DNA of 57,492 nt, counting the filler, from Bipalium vagum (taxonomy: Eukaryota): assembly GCA_037834085.1 (NCBI GenBank). It is 3 parts of 3 records of this genome, joined end to end, with 100 filler letters (N's around TTAATTAATTAA, not from the genome) between each part and the next. Parts side by side here need not be neighbours in the genome. Positions count along the whole stretch, not along the records: positions 1 to 23,143 come from JBBMKC010212814.1; positions 23,244 to 40,408 come from JBBMKC010076147.1; 1 more part is not named here. One strand, 5' to 3'. Below, one piece after another: positions 11,481 through 24,415 of the stretch. The notes under the pieces are model-generated. The model saw only the letters and a program-made list of their open reading frames with translations. It had not been told where the DNA came from and did no database searches. Made by a program: the position numbers and the translations under genes. Within the stretch, counting starts at the first letter, position 1, and every line of letters begins with the position of its first letter.

Positions 11481-13794
11481 CTTAATTAAATTCGAGGTAA
11501 ACTATGTAAACTGTGTACAATTAAAAGTCATCAGTTTTGTATATATCTTTATGTATTTACAATATTTACGACAACTTCAAAACCATAATTATGTTTCGGA
11601 GTCCCTTTATTTTTTCAAGGATCTTATATTTACTTGAACATTGTTGTTATATTGTTTAAATATTTCAATTAGTAAATAATGACCTAGAAATATTTTTTCG
11701 AGTCCCACTATTTTTGTTTTAAAAATAACAATTATTTACTATATTATTCATACCTTGAATATTTTTCTGAATGATCATACATAGTAAGGGTAAAACATAC
11801 CAAAAATGTTGAAGATAATTAAATAAAATTTTGCACGTAAACTAATAATAATAAATATGTATAGAAGCAAAAATACGTTTTGTTTAATTATTCTAATTTA
11901 AGCTTGCACCAGCAGATTATTTCAAAACCAAATGTTTAAACATGTAGAATTTTTCAGTGTAATTTGTTTTTTACTTCTCAAATAATCTGTAAAGGTCTTA
12001 AATTGAAATACTTAAAAAAGAAAATTTTATTAATAACTCCTAGTTTGATTTTAATATGCCAGGGTGAATCAAAAGGTTCCCGAAATCAACATTTTTCACA
12101 GATGAAAGCATAGAGATAAAAAAATACCTATCCGTATTACACTATCATTAGAATCAATCAATATAAACTGATCTGTAATACTATAATACTAAATGTGACG
12201 AGAAAGATGATACTCTCTTGGTTCCTCCCAGATTACTGTTCTTCAGAATTGAAAAAATGTTAATGGAATTCAAGGAAAATAATTTTTTAACAAAACATTA
12301 TATTTTTATTATTTTGTTATTAATTAATATAAATAAATAACATTTATATATCAGCAGTATTAACTTAAAAAGAATTCATTAAGAAATCCACAAGAATTTG
12401 CGGATGACGTCATATTAAACAGTAAATTTTTCAGAACTTTAAATTCTAAATTTATCAAAATACAAAAAATGTTTGGAAAAATATGAAACAATTTCGAAGA
12501 TTAAATATCGAATTTGAAAAGAATGGGCATTAGAAATTCAAAACCACAGGTTCTAATAATCTTTAACTGAGTTTGTGTGATTGATGGCTCTTTGGGTATC
12601 GGCATTGCTAACGGTGTTCGACTCTTGAATATCATTTTTCGTGTTTCGTTCCAGCAACTGTTTTCAGAAAGAAAATAGTCCGTGTTATTTTAAAACCATC
12701 AATCTACAGCCCATTCAATTATTAGCCTGGCATTTTAATTAATACAGTTTTATCCATGATGTGTATTGAAATGCTCGAGGAGCATCTCTTAAATAAAATA
12801 TTTTTGTTCTTAATATTTCCCATTTCTCTTTTATATGAGATATAAAGACATTTCTATATTAAATAAAATATATGGGCCCAGAAAATTAAACCGAAAAAAT
12901 AATCCTTTTTGCAATTGATTTGTTTTGTTTAAATTATTTTTGATTACATTTCCTTAAAAATGTACGCAACCAATAATTAATTTATATGGGGGTTTGTTGC
13001 AATATAATTATAATTATTGAAAGTCCAGGACGTATTTAATATCAGTGTATAAGATGAAATATAAGAATAATTCCTTAGAATAATATTAATTTCTTGAAAG
13101 AGTATTATCAATGAAATATTATACATCCACCTTCATTATTTAATAAAATATTTTGGTTTTTAGATTAAATAATAATAATAATAATTATTATTATTATTAT
13201 CAAAAAAATTATTAAAAATTAAATCATTTTAATTATTTTAATATTTCTAAATATTAAATTATAAATGTAAAAAAAATTTTTCGAAATTAATTCCCAATAA
13301 ACCCGGTATAAAAAAAGTATTAAATTAAGCCTCGGAGTGTTTCCCTGACTTTATTAAAAAAATCATTACAAAATGGAGCTTAAAGAACTCAGAATTTGAA
13401 AAAATAAATAAAAAGAAAAACTACGGAAAAAATACTAAAATAATGGAGAATTTTTCTTTTAAAATATTCAGAAGGAAGAAATATTTTTAATCCTTTTACA
13501 AATATTAAAGCATTATTTAAACAAAAATGTGTTAAAAATTTGCGTGATTTATTCTTAATTTGACATTAGCATTTTTCGAGGAAAAATAAATTATTTGATT
13601 GAGAAAATTTTCGATTTCACAGTTGTTATTTTTATTAATTTATAAATCAAGAAGAAAAATATTTTCCATATTTTTTAACGGAGAAAATCGTTTCAATTTT
13701 AATTCAATCAATTCTTTTTAATTAATAATTAAGTGAGAAAATTTCAATGATTAACCGAGTTGTAGGATTTTTCATTAAATGATTAGAAAATTAC

Positions 13795-14657
13795 ATGGCT
13801 GGTTTGATTTGTCCCATCTTTCTTATTTCGACAGGGCAAAATGTTACTCTTGGAAAATGTCCTGAAACTCTCCAGTCATGGCCAGCTAGTACATCTTGAA
13901 AAATCATTATTCCAAAAGTTGTGTGGTTCGTTCCAAGGAAGTCTCTCATTAAATAAAGCTGCCCAATTGCGTTGCCAATGAACATCAGTCGAACAATAAG
14001 GAAAAGAATGCTCAATTCTGCTCCGGGACCCAATCCGCACATTATTTTGTATAAAAAGTAATTATTACGCCTATATCGGCTTGTACGAATGGCCTGTTCT
14101 TCGAGAGCAGCGACTAAGCAAGCTACGGCTTTGCGTCGAAGTTCTCTATCGGGAAGAATAGCTTCTTTTGAATTTCGTAAGAGAACGGGAAATCGTCTTG
14201 AACCTACTCTCCAAAAAATCTGAGGCAAATAACACAAAACTGCTTGAACTCCCATAACAATAACAATCCACTGATAATAACTGATAAAGTGAACCGCGTG
14301 CAATTCAACATCTGATTCGGGAACGGCTTTATCAGGCGGCAGATAATAGGTGTTTTGAACCCAGCAAATGTTTTCTGCATAATCTTCCCATGCTGTAGTA
14401 AATTCTTGGGGTACCCAACATTGGATAGGTTTGCCTAGAATAGAAATATTCCAAAGTTCTTTCCGTTTCCAAAACGAATTTTACTATCAAATTGATCACT
14501 ACTAACCTATATATTGTCGCGTTCCAATGACTCCAATAAATATGATGAGAACGGCAGAACTGTACTGGTAGTTCAAGACGTCGATGAAGCTGATTCCATC
14601 ACCGCTCAGAGGAGATCGGAAGATGCGACCTAATTTTAAAATGGAATCAGATTCCAT
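13795..14657 (-). CDS. inx: Innexin (gap-junction protein), 5' exons; TM4 and C-terminal exon(s) not found
   Basis: Exon 14657-14507 (MESDSILKLGRIFRSPLSGDGISFIDVLNYQYSSAVLIIFIGVIGTRQYI-G), 72-nt intron, exon 14434-13795 (GKPIQCWVPQEFTTAWEDYAENICW...SYYQW...YLPQIFWR...SGHFPRVTFC); innexin motifs GxPIxCW, YYQW, FPRVTxC. Confidence 0.93.
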
Positions 14658-14699
14658 GGATATGTCTGAACGACATTTATTGCAATTTTTTGTTCATTT

Positions 14700-15200
14700 T
14701 ATCTAATTTAAGAAAACAGTTGACACAGTTGTGAAATCGCAATGTGCCAGTTGATTTTATTGCTATTCAATTGCAGCTAGGGAAACTTTCTCTCTTCCAG
14801 TCTTATAACATTGAATTTATTTACTCCTGCTGATTTCAGGTTAAATTCCCACTACCCGTACCAACGTGTGTCTGAAGTGTGGATCTGTACTCCCATTGGC
14901 CAACGTCCGACCATTCATCTCGTTCACGGCCCAACATAAAACAATGTTGCAGACTGGAAATCAACCATAAATAAACAGAAGAAATGGGAAAAGAGAAATC
15001 GAGAACCAAAAACAAACTAATTAATTAGGCAAAACACAAAACCAATGAATATCGTTGTCATTGATCGATTGGTTTTGGTGAATAAAAAACAACAATATTC
15101 TCCTCAGCTGACTTGGTGGGTAGGCTCAAATAAATACTTTGAAATATGATATCACGATGGACTGTTGAAGGGGGAAGGGGGGGGGGGCGAAGTGATTTTT
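14700..15200 (-). promoter_or_regulatory. Probable innexin 5' UTR and promoter region
   Basis: Locally GC-enriched non-coding DNA directly upstream of the ATG, with CCAAT-type, AACAAT (Sox-like), TAAATAAACA (Fox-like), CTAATTAATTAG and CAGCTG motifs and a G-tract; motif function unproven. Confidence 0.4.
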
Positions 15201-15559
15201 TAATTAAATATTCTCCTATTATATTTCATTTAATTGACAAAAACTTTGGTCTCATTATCATACCGATAATACATTGGCATTATTTCGATTGATTAGCGAG
15301 AGATTTACTTAAATCCAAGGACAAGTATTCTGTGAAGGACCATGTGTTACCGTTATTTCATTTAATCTCTTTTGAATTCACTCAACATTTTGAGATTATT
15401 AAAAGCGAAAAATAAAGTGTTCAGAAGTACTCAGTTATTTTATATTATTATATTGGTTACAGTTTATTCGGTTTTTATTTTATAATCATAATGAACTAAA
15501 CAGACTAACAATTTTCTTTCATTTATGAAACTAAGGTTACTTTCCAAAGACTTGCGTTA

Positions 15560-15980
15560 CACTCCTTCATCAACAGGTTAACTTGCTAATTGACAGCGTT
15601 TTTAATTTCATCTTTTGTGTAAACAATTCTTAAATACCCTTTTGTGATATTCCTGTCGAAGATATCTATTTATTATAACGTAGTCAACTTTGCCTTCTTC
15701 TAGTGTGATAGTTTAAATATTCACACTAAACAATATTAAACCTGAGATGGATCACTATGGAATCGAACTTATACAGAGTTTACCAGTTAAAAGCAAGGAG
15801 AACCAATTATCTGCAATGGACGATTATTTGTATTTATGATTATTGTGAAGTAGAATTAATACACATATGGTTATCAGTGCATAGTTCTACCATCAAAGTC
15901 GGCAGTCTGCAAATCTCTTCGCCAACTTTCCTTTTTACGGAATTCAATGATGACTTTATCAGCAGACCAAGCAGAATAAT
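15560..15980 (-). mobile_element. Highly decayed Ty3/gypsy-like integrase fragment
   Basis: Minus-strand fragments NNRPLQIIG and RFHSD resemble the rve integrase core; many stops. Confidence 0.3.
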
Positions 15981-17771
15981 AGTCAGATTTTATCAATGAA
16001 AATGCATCTTTTATATTATACAGATATCCTTTTTTACAATCCTATATTTGCTGGTGGTTGGGATTGGCTTTGAAAAGCAAATTAAACAATATTTTTGTAA
16101 AATATATACACTCAGTCTTCTTTCTCTCAATTCCGAGTCAGAAACAATGAAAATATTTTATATTTTATATCATGTACCACAGTAAAGTTTTCATAATATA
16201 AAATTCAAATATGAGTAGTAAAACAAATTATTAAAATAAATATTAATAATAATAAAAATATTTAATTTTCTCTACTCTTTTTAGTGTAAATAAAATATTG
16301 AAAACTAATGCCTACTCATTAAAAAAAGTGGTTAATAAGTTAGAGTTCCAAAAAGAGATTTACTTAAAATGCATAATACATGTTTCGGACTCCGAAATAT
16401 TACGTGTAGGAGATTTCAGAGTAATCTGAGGATAATATTTGAATGTGTCAACAACCGAAGTACGGTACTATCAGTTATCCTACAAAATTACATTAAAACC
16501 TGCTCTATTTAGGAAAAAAGATAAAAATTTGATTATTTATTGTTTAATTTTGTTTTACAGCCACAAATGGTTAAATTTTCAATTAATACTAAAATGTCGA
16601 GATCTGGTAAATATCATACCCTAAAGATGCTTGAGCAACCTCTCATGCTACTACACGTTTCTTCAATTCTTAAAAATACAAGGAAGTCATTTAATAATTC
16701 TTCCTTACAATGTAACAAACCTAAAATAAAATCTCGCTGAATTAAAATGATGATTTGGAAAAAAAATTTAATCATTACTTTAATGAAAGTGTAAAATTAT
16801 AACATAAAAACATGACCTTAAAAATGAATTTAAAATAATTTGTTTATGAAAAAAGAAAGATGATATTTAGAAGAAATAGAAAAGTGCATTACAAAACCAT
16901 GTGTAAAATCTCTGTGCATAGTATACATGATATCAAATAATGAATCAATGCTAAATAATATTGATTTCTTATTTTAGTGATGCTTTTCCTTTCAATGACA
17001 CGACAAGAAGATTAAAGATTTTCTGAAGTTGATACAATAAAATTTACATTTCTTTATCAACTAATAAAGAATAAAATGTCAAATTAATTAGAACAAGAAT
17101 TATGTGCAGTCTTCATCAGATTCATGAACAAGAGTATATACAAACAAAATAAAGTTCTGCAGGCCAAGAGTCGTCAGGAGTCCGGAAATTCAACAAAAAT
17201 TGATTACTAAAATTCATAAAAGCGACAATATCAAAAAGACAGTTTGATCTTCAACTTAAATTGTCGAATAAAATAGGAAGCACCTCGTGTCATAAGATGA
17301 AACTTAAGGCTCTAGGTTGGACTTTTCTCCATTGTAGAAAGAAAACATTAAGAAACGATTGGAATGATATACAGAGAATCCTGTTGTTGTTCCTCATACC
17401 ACATTTTACGATGAAAAATGGTGGATCACATTTAGAAGAAAGAAAAAAAATTGTAGGTGATGAACATTACCTCAAATCTATGCCTACCAACTTATTCATG
17501 CTCTAAAAATAATTTTTAACTCTGCGGTTAGTTGACATGCCCCTAAGAAAGATGGGACTTTGGCCAGTTGCTTAATAGAGTCAATACAAACACAATTATT
17601 TGAACCATCATTTCGTTGATACTTATTTTCAATTTATTTCACATCCCCTCCTTTAAAATTCATATCCAGATCCTTAACCGCCCCGAGTCTCTTACTTCCA
17701 TTTCCTTTTCTTTACTTTCACTTTCGAGATTTCGTCCGCTGGTTTTGTCCTGGTGTGGTTGCCATGTTAGT

Positions 17772-17795
17772 TGAAAATTAGTCGACTAATTTTCA
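17772..17795. repeat. Perfect 24-bp palindrome TGAAAATTAGTCGACTAATTTTCA
   Basis: Sequence equals its own reverse complement; arms and flanks match those around the tRNA-like unit at 7350-7462. Confidence 0.85.
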
Positions 17796-19379
17796 CTTTA
17801 TCTCACAAATACATGCATATTTTTACACAACAGGTATATATGTCATCAAAATTGTATGGATTGCCGAAAAGTCAACCAGTAAACTGGTCCTCTCTGAAAA
17901 ATTTTGTTCGACCAAAGAATCAAAAATATCGATTAATTATTAAAATCATTAACGGAAACAAAATTAATCTTGAAGACTTTATTATTATTTTAGTACGACG
18001 TACCTTACCGAGTCGCAACATTTATGTCTCAACATCAAATCGAATTGAGGACCCCGGAAGGAAGGAAGACATGAAGAATTAAAAATTATCGAAAAAATGG
18101 CAACAAACTTCAGAAAATGATAAGTTAAAGCTTATGCAAGAGATGTTGTTTTAGTAAAAAATTTTGAATTGGAAAGTCTTATTAATAACTACGAAGGATG
18201 AACCAAATATAATAAAATAATTCAATCATACTTTCAAAGACTCAAAATGTTTACTGTGATAAAAAATAAATATTTGAGGACATTAAGTATTATACAAAGA
18301 TGAGATTGCAGAATCTAAACTGTAATTCCAAATCTAAAGAAAAATTTAATATTTTTGTTTATTTAATTATTTTTTTTAATGTTGTCACAAACAAATCTTA
18401 ATCAATAAATCTTTCGAAATCAGTTCAAAGAGAAATATATAATTGATCAGTACAATGTCAAACTCTGTTGTCATTTCTGATCTTTATAAACTTATTATCG
18501 TCATTACGATTATTACAGGCCAATATTCCAAATTATATTAAATTTTTGCTGACTTAATTTATATTTTAATGGTTGTAAAACATTGATTATTTGTTTTAAT
18601 AAAAATCATTGACATTGATCCTTTAGTGTTAATCAATGAGTTAAAACGGAACCAAACTTAAAACTATTAAAATAATTATTGATATATTTTTGATATAGTT
18701 ATTCTTCCTATTAATTGGTCTGCTCTTAACCCACGGCTTTATTTGATCTATTATTCTAAAGGCAAACCTCAACTCCATTCAGTACACAGTTAAAGATCAA
18801 CAACATTTCGCAGACAACCATGCTTTTATCTTTAATTATTTTAAAACAGTTATTAAAAATTAAACGCGGAATTCTTGATTATTTTCTTGTCTTTAATAAT
18901 TGTAAAATGACGCCTTATTTGTAATGTTAAAATTTTATTTATTTATTTTTATAATCCTATTGTCTTGGTAGAAAAAAAACCAATATTGTAACAAGCATTT
19001 TTATGAAAAATATTTATAAATTAAAACACTGTGACTAATAATTAATAGTTTTATCCAATGAAAATATTTGAAAATAAAATCAATTTCAGCTAATTTTTAA
19101 AAATAGTTATTGTATAAAAGTAGAATTTATAATGAAAATGAAAGTAATTGATGGTTGATGGATGGTAAATAAAAGAAATTTTAATTATGAGTACAAAATA
19201 ATTTATAATTTATATAAAAAGTAAATTATATTAATTCGAACTGTAAATAATGAATTTTTAATTTTGTAAACAAAAACTCCAAACTTTTAATCATAATAGA
19301 ACTGGTCTGCATATATAATGATATATATTAATTTATTAGAAATATCATATTGATATTTACAGATGAGAGTTGGAAAGAA

Positions 19380-20300
19380 ATAAATTTATCAATAATATCA
19401 ATATATTTATCTGCAGGAGTTATTTTGAAACGATTACTCGCTCTACTTAACTATGAATGTTTACTAATGTGTTTTGAGCTGATCTTGTCTTCCTATATAT
19501 AGGTTATATTTGAATTGTTACACGATATTAGTTTGCAATGTTGTAAACGTTGGTTCTTTAATCTTTAAAAACAATTTTTTCAGCAGTATTATTTTTAGAT
19601 ATTTTCTATTACCTTCTTAAAGGTTTAAAATACTTTGAATCATATTTCCTATTATCCAAACTTGAAATATTTTCTCTAGTTTACTACAGGATAGGTTTAA
19701 AAATGTTAATCTTCCTTAACTTCTCAAAAGCTATATATTTTCTATACACTTGGTTCTTCACAATTTATACCCAAATGAACTTTGTATTACACTATCAAGT
19801 AATGAAAAAGAAACATTATATGACCATATTATTTTATTTCTGTAATTTGTAAACATCGTAAACTTTTCCACTTTGTAATTCTGTTTATATATTATTTATT
19901 TTATTTAAAATGAAAAATTAAAGTTCAAGTACTGTTTGAAAAAACATGATAAAAACAATTTCGACCAAACCCCTACTTAAGATGTTTTCTCTGATTGTTA
20001 AACAAAAATAATAAAACTCACTAAATCAATGTATTCTAACAATAAACAATGAACTTTTACCTTCACTTCAAAAACTCTGTATAAGTAAAAGCCGCATTTA
20101 TAATCTTCCAATATAATAAAAAACTTTTCCAAACACTTCCATGTTGCTATTTAATTATGTAAATAAAAATTTCTAATAATTTCCAACTTTATTTATTTGT
20201 TACAGATTTCATTTGATAATCTTGACAGTCCGTTTGATTATTTCTGTGTAAATAATATATAAATCATAAAAAATGAGCTTTCAATTTATTTTAATGGTAA
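19380..20300 (-). mobile_element. Penelope-like retroelement remnant (GIY-YIG endonuclease traces)
   Basis: Minus-strand NIV*QFKYNLYIGRQDQLKTH resembles the PLE pattern N-V-V-Y...YIG.T.R.L.TR; very degenerate, boundaries approximate. Confidence 0.35.
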
Positions 20301-20684
20301 CGATGAATTTTTAAAATCGTTGTCGAACTATGAAAATTGAAAGAGAAAATCGATACAAAAATGAAAAATATTCCCCCTTTCCACTAGAGGCAGTTGAAAA
20401 TAAATTTAATTGAAATAATTCTGATTAAATTATTTAAAAGGTTATCAAGATTTGTAGCTGAATGATAAAACAATTAAATAAATTCAAGCCAAATAATGAT
20501 AAAAGTTTAATTAATACAGAATTCTCCGACTAATCAATAAATATTATGGATGTAATAAAATTTTCTTGAGTCTCAATCGAAATTTAATCAAGCATAATTT
20601 TATGTTTAAGTTATTTGAAAGTTTTTCTTACTTTTCATTTTTATTATAAATTATTGTAAACCCTGGCATTGGTTTTATAAAATT

Positions 20685-21640
20685 ATTAGGTTGGTCACTG
20701 CATTTAGCGGAGTAAAAGTTCAAAAAATTTTTAATCAATATAAAATAAAGGGATATAATTATTTATTTAACATTTACATTATTTTACTTCGTAAATTTTA
20801 AATTTTTACAAAAAATGTTTTAAGAGAACAAATCGACTTCATCAATCAATTTCGATTTAACGTAAAATCATCGTAAATGTTCAATTGCAGATTTAGATGA
20901 TAAGACGACCAATCGAAGATTATCACGGAAAACTAATATTCCAACTGCCTTGGTTCAATGAATTTGAAAAGAAGAGAAGTTAAAACCTTTTAAAATGCAG
21001 TTGCTTCGTGAGCTGAAACCAGATGATTATGATCAACGAGTTAAGTTTGGTCTGTGGTTTTAGCAGCATCCGGATATTCTGTGTAGGATTTTTTATAGTA
21101 ATGGTGAAAATAGCAGATACCCATATCGAATTTTGGCTGATAGGAAACACTGATTTCATTAAAAAAACTACATCAAGAAAAGCTGTTTGGATAGGCTTCA
21201 ATTCGAGATTCATTATAAAACCATCCTTTTTCAATGAGAAAGAATAATTACTTTACCATTTTGGAAAATGTAGCTTGGCCTGAATTTTCTAAAAGGAATT
21301 TAATAAGTAAGTCAACTTATTTCATGCAGGATGAAGCACTGCTTCAATATCCGAAAATGTTTACAGAACATATTTGGTCCACACAAGGTTATATCCAGGG
21401 AATGTATCCAAAATTCACCTGATTCGGCACCCGTTGAGTACTGATTTTTAGATACTCTTAAAATCAATGGTTTACCATTATCAAAAACCATATAAATCTA
21501 CTTGAAATGGAAAAACAAATAAACGAAGAATATTCCCCTCTTACTACCAAAGAGATGGTAGTTGAGCTAATACTAACGACTAAAGAAAATCATTTCGAGA
21601 ACATATATATAGAGGAACATATCGTATTCTATTTACTTTA
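20685..21640 (+). mobile_element. DD41D/rosa-like transposase remnant
   Basis: KPFKMQLLRELKPDDYDQRVKF, AVWIGFNSRFIIKPSFF, YFTILENVAWPE...YFMQD, SPD..PVEY-like motif; TIR-like TTAGGTTGGTCAC at about 20686. Confidence 0.7.
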
Positions 21641-21917
21641 TATATTATTTCCATTAAAAGTATAATTTTTTGTCCCTTTTATTCTTCATTTGCTTTTTCT
21701 TTTGTTCTGATTCAACCGGTATATGTAATATATTATTTTTAATCCACGATGAAAATACTGTAAAAATTGGCAAGATTCGTTTAACTTTATTTTTCCGTGT
21801 TTCAAATAAAAAATTCGTATTAATTTCTGACAGTTTCATGTGATACAAACTTGAATAAAGGTGGCTATGGAGCTGAAATAGTTACCAAAGCCATAGGATA
21901 TCAAAGGACCGGAATAT

Positions 21918-23143
21918 ACTGGTCTCTCCGTAATTGTGTTTAGCTGCCTGAAATCCAAGCATAATCTGATCTCTCCTTTATCCTTCTTCCATACACAGAT
22001 CAACGGCATATTCCAAGGTGAATGGCATTTTCTTATTATGCCGTTCTCATGCAAATTCTGAACAGCTTCGTTGATTTTAGTTTCCAGATTCATTGGATGT
22101 CTAAAAGGTTTGATATTAATTGATTTACCTTCGGTTAAACTGTGATGCTTCCTCAGATGAGTGCAGCCAATGTCCCATTTATCGGCCATAAGTGCATCTT
22201 CGAACTCACTTATAATTTTCCCTAAGCCCGAATCTTCCTTGATTCCCAATGTCTTCAGTGCTCTTTGCTTTCTCTCGCCTACCTTTATCGTCCTACCATA
22301 TCTTGCTTCAATCCCGCACAGATGTTCTTGGTCATAATCCCCTTCATGATGAGTTATTTTTCTGCTCTGACTTTGGTAGAAAACAAAACCAAATTGTTTC
22401 TGTAACTTAATACCTCCGATGATGTCTGGTGTAACCGATTTTACTATAATAAATTTCACCTTTGCTCACCTGTTGTTAATTTGCGCTTCAATCTCGAGTT
22501 GCCCACCATCTCTAGTCTGGAATCGTTTGCGCATCGCAAGTTTTCATCACATCTCTCTAATCCCGTTCCTCTCAACTGCATAGCAATCCTCCCGCTCATC
22601 ACGTTAATTCGCGCCACGGTGTCCAATAAACAATCAAACGTCTGTCCCTGCAATGTTATTGTAACAATCGGTCTTCCCTGCATCTTCTCATAATCTATTA
22701 TATCCTTCTGTCTCTCATCACTTATTGCCGACACGTTTTCAACCTGCTTTCTATCAAAACTCCTTTTTTAGAAAACGATATACTTTCCCTGTCACCTCCT
22801 CCTCCATTTTCCTTTTCTCGGCCTCCTGGGATATCTCACTTATTGTGTTTATTTGATGGCTCCCACTATATCCCCGTCCAGTGGAGTCCTGGCATTTGGG
22901 TAGGTATTGTTGTCACTATCTTCCATTGGATCATCTGTTTCTATTCCATTTATCCTGGAGATCCTTGATTTTTCTCGGTCGACTCTTTTTTCTCTAAATC
23001 TCCCGCCCGTTTTATGGTCCTTCCTGTCATATGAATTTCTAAAACTATCTGACCTGTAATATTATTTTCGTCCGCAGTCTATCCACCTTGTCTCTGTACA
23101 ATATCGGCTAATGTGACCGATCTTCCCACAGGCAAAACATCGT
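21918..23143 (-). mobile_element. Ty3/gypsy LTR retrotransposon gag-pol fragment (zinc knuckle, protease, RT N-terminus)
   Basis: RCFACGKIGHISRYC (CCHC) at the contig edge; protease CLLDTVARINVM; RT ADKWDIG...SPWNMPLICVWKKDKGEIRLCLDFRQLNTIT; frameshifted and truncated. Confidence 0.9.
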
Positions 23144-23243
23144 NNNNNNNNNNNNNNNNNNNNNNNNNNNNNNNNNNNNNNNNNNNNTTAATTAATTAAN
23201 NNNNNNNNNNNNNNNNNNNNNNNNNNNNNNNNNNNNNNNNNNN
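23144..23243. other. Artificial contig spacer 44N-TTAATTAATTAA-44N
   Basis: Exactly 100 nt with a six-frame-stop 12-mer in the middle; identical layout at 40409-40508. Confidence 0.97.
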
Positions 23244-23320
23244 AAACCTTTTTGTTTTTGATGAATTTTCGTCTTTAAATAATCGTTTACAAAGTCCAAG
23301 GACTTTATGCGCACCCTGTA
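23244..23320. mobile_element. Tc1/mariner-superfamily terminal inverted repeat at contig start
   Basis: Ends GGACTTTATGCGCACCCTG-TA (reverse complement TA-CAGGGTGCGCATAAAGTCC), typical of DD37D/DD41D TIRs. Confidence 0.55.
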
Positions 23321-24415
23321 ATTATCAATTTCATTAAGTTTCATTTTCTAATTCGGTTTCCTTTGCACATTTATTTACGTATTGGTTAAAAAATTGATTT
23401 ATTATTAAACTAATTTCATATTAAACAACTTTATATTAGACCAGCAGTTATATTATTAAATTGTCTAAAAAATAATTAGGAAATGTTCATTTGGTTCATA
23501 ATACATAAATTTCATATTTAATGCACTTATATTAACCGTATACTGTAAGTAGTAAATCAACAAAATCTTCTATTATCTTATATTAAAGTGAGAAATATTT
23601 TTTCAGTTTTATTGTTCATAGATTTTCCAAATTGTGTTCACATTAATAACGATCTTCTTGATAATATTAACAGGATATTACTTTCCATGGTTATTATATT
23701 TTATCGTATCCAATTAAAAAAATAAAATGTGTCTATTTCACAAAAATAAAACTAAGATTAGACCAGTCAACATAATTCCGTTACATTTTCATTTGATGGC
23801 TTTTGATATTCTATTTTTAAAAATTAAAGATTTGTAACACTGATGTCAATATTCCAGAACATTAATTTATTAATGTACGTAATTAATTCACAACAATAAA
23901 AATGACAATACTGATTTTTCATGTGAACATATAATTCGATTGATTCTAAGAAGAATTTGATTTAGAAAAGTATAAATGTTCTTTATCATATTCAGACGTA
24001 TAGTGATCACATTTTGAAAAATCAATTATTTTTTATCCTAGGAGAATCAAAACGAATTATTAAATATGCTTTTCTTAAATATTACTAAAGTAATTTGGTT
24101 ACATTTATTTATTAATTATTATTGCTTCCATCAATTTGTTATCAATTTTTGAAAATTCGAAGAACTATATATGAGATAAACAGGAATCTGTAGTTGATAT
24201 TGATTTATATACATCCGCTTACTTAATAAATAAATAAAATCACGTGAGTATTTATCAAGAGAGTAAAAATTTGTTTATTATTTTTGCAGCTTTGACCAGC
24301 AAAGTTTATATTGCAACTTATCTCGTTTAAAGTTTGGTCATTTAAAATTATTAATAAATTTACAATTACTAAAGGAATCTTTATTTTTTATTTAAAGTAA
24401 TTTTTCATTTTTCAG

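Noticed and set aside
11590-11622. Hammerhead ribozyme-like motif (minus strand CTTGAAAAA...GGGACTCCGAAAC; similar at about 16380 and 38987)
   Set aside because: Catalytic core CTGANGA is not intact and stems cannot be built; at most decayed Penelope-type ends.
16800-18900. Gypsy, mariner and LINE-like scraps
   Set aside because: Only faint motif traces (LKALGWTFLH, DVVLVKNF); too degraded to delimit.
23620-24300. Short candidate upstream exons for the RH-domain gene
   Set aside because: Several AG/GT pairs exist but I could not chain them without stops, and no RUN or PH motif is recognisable.
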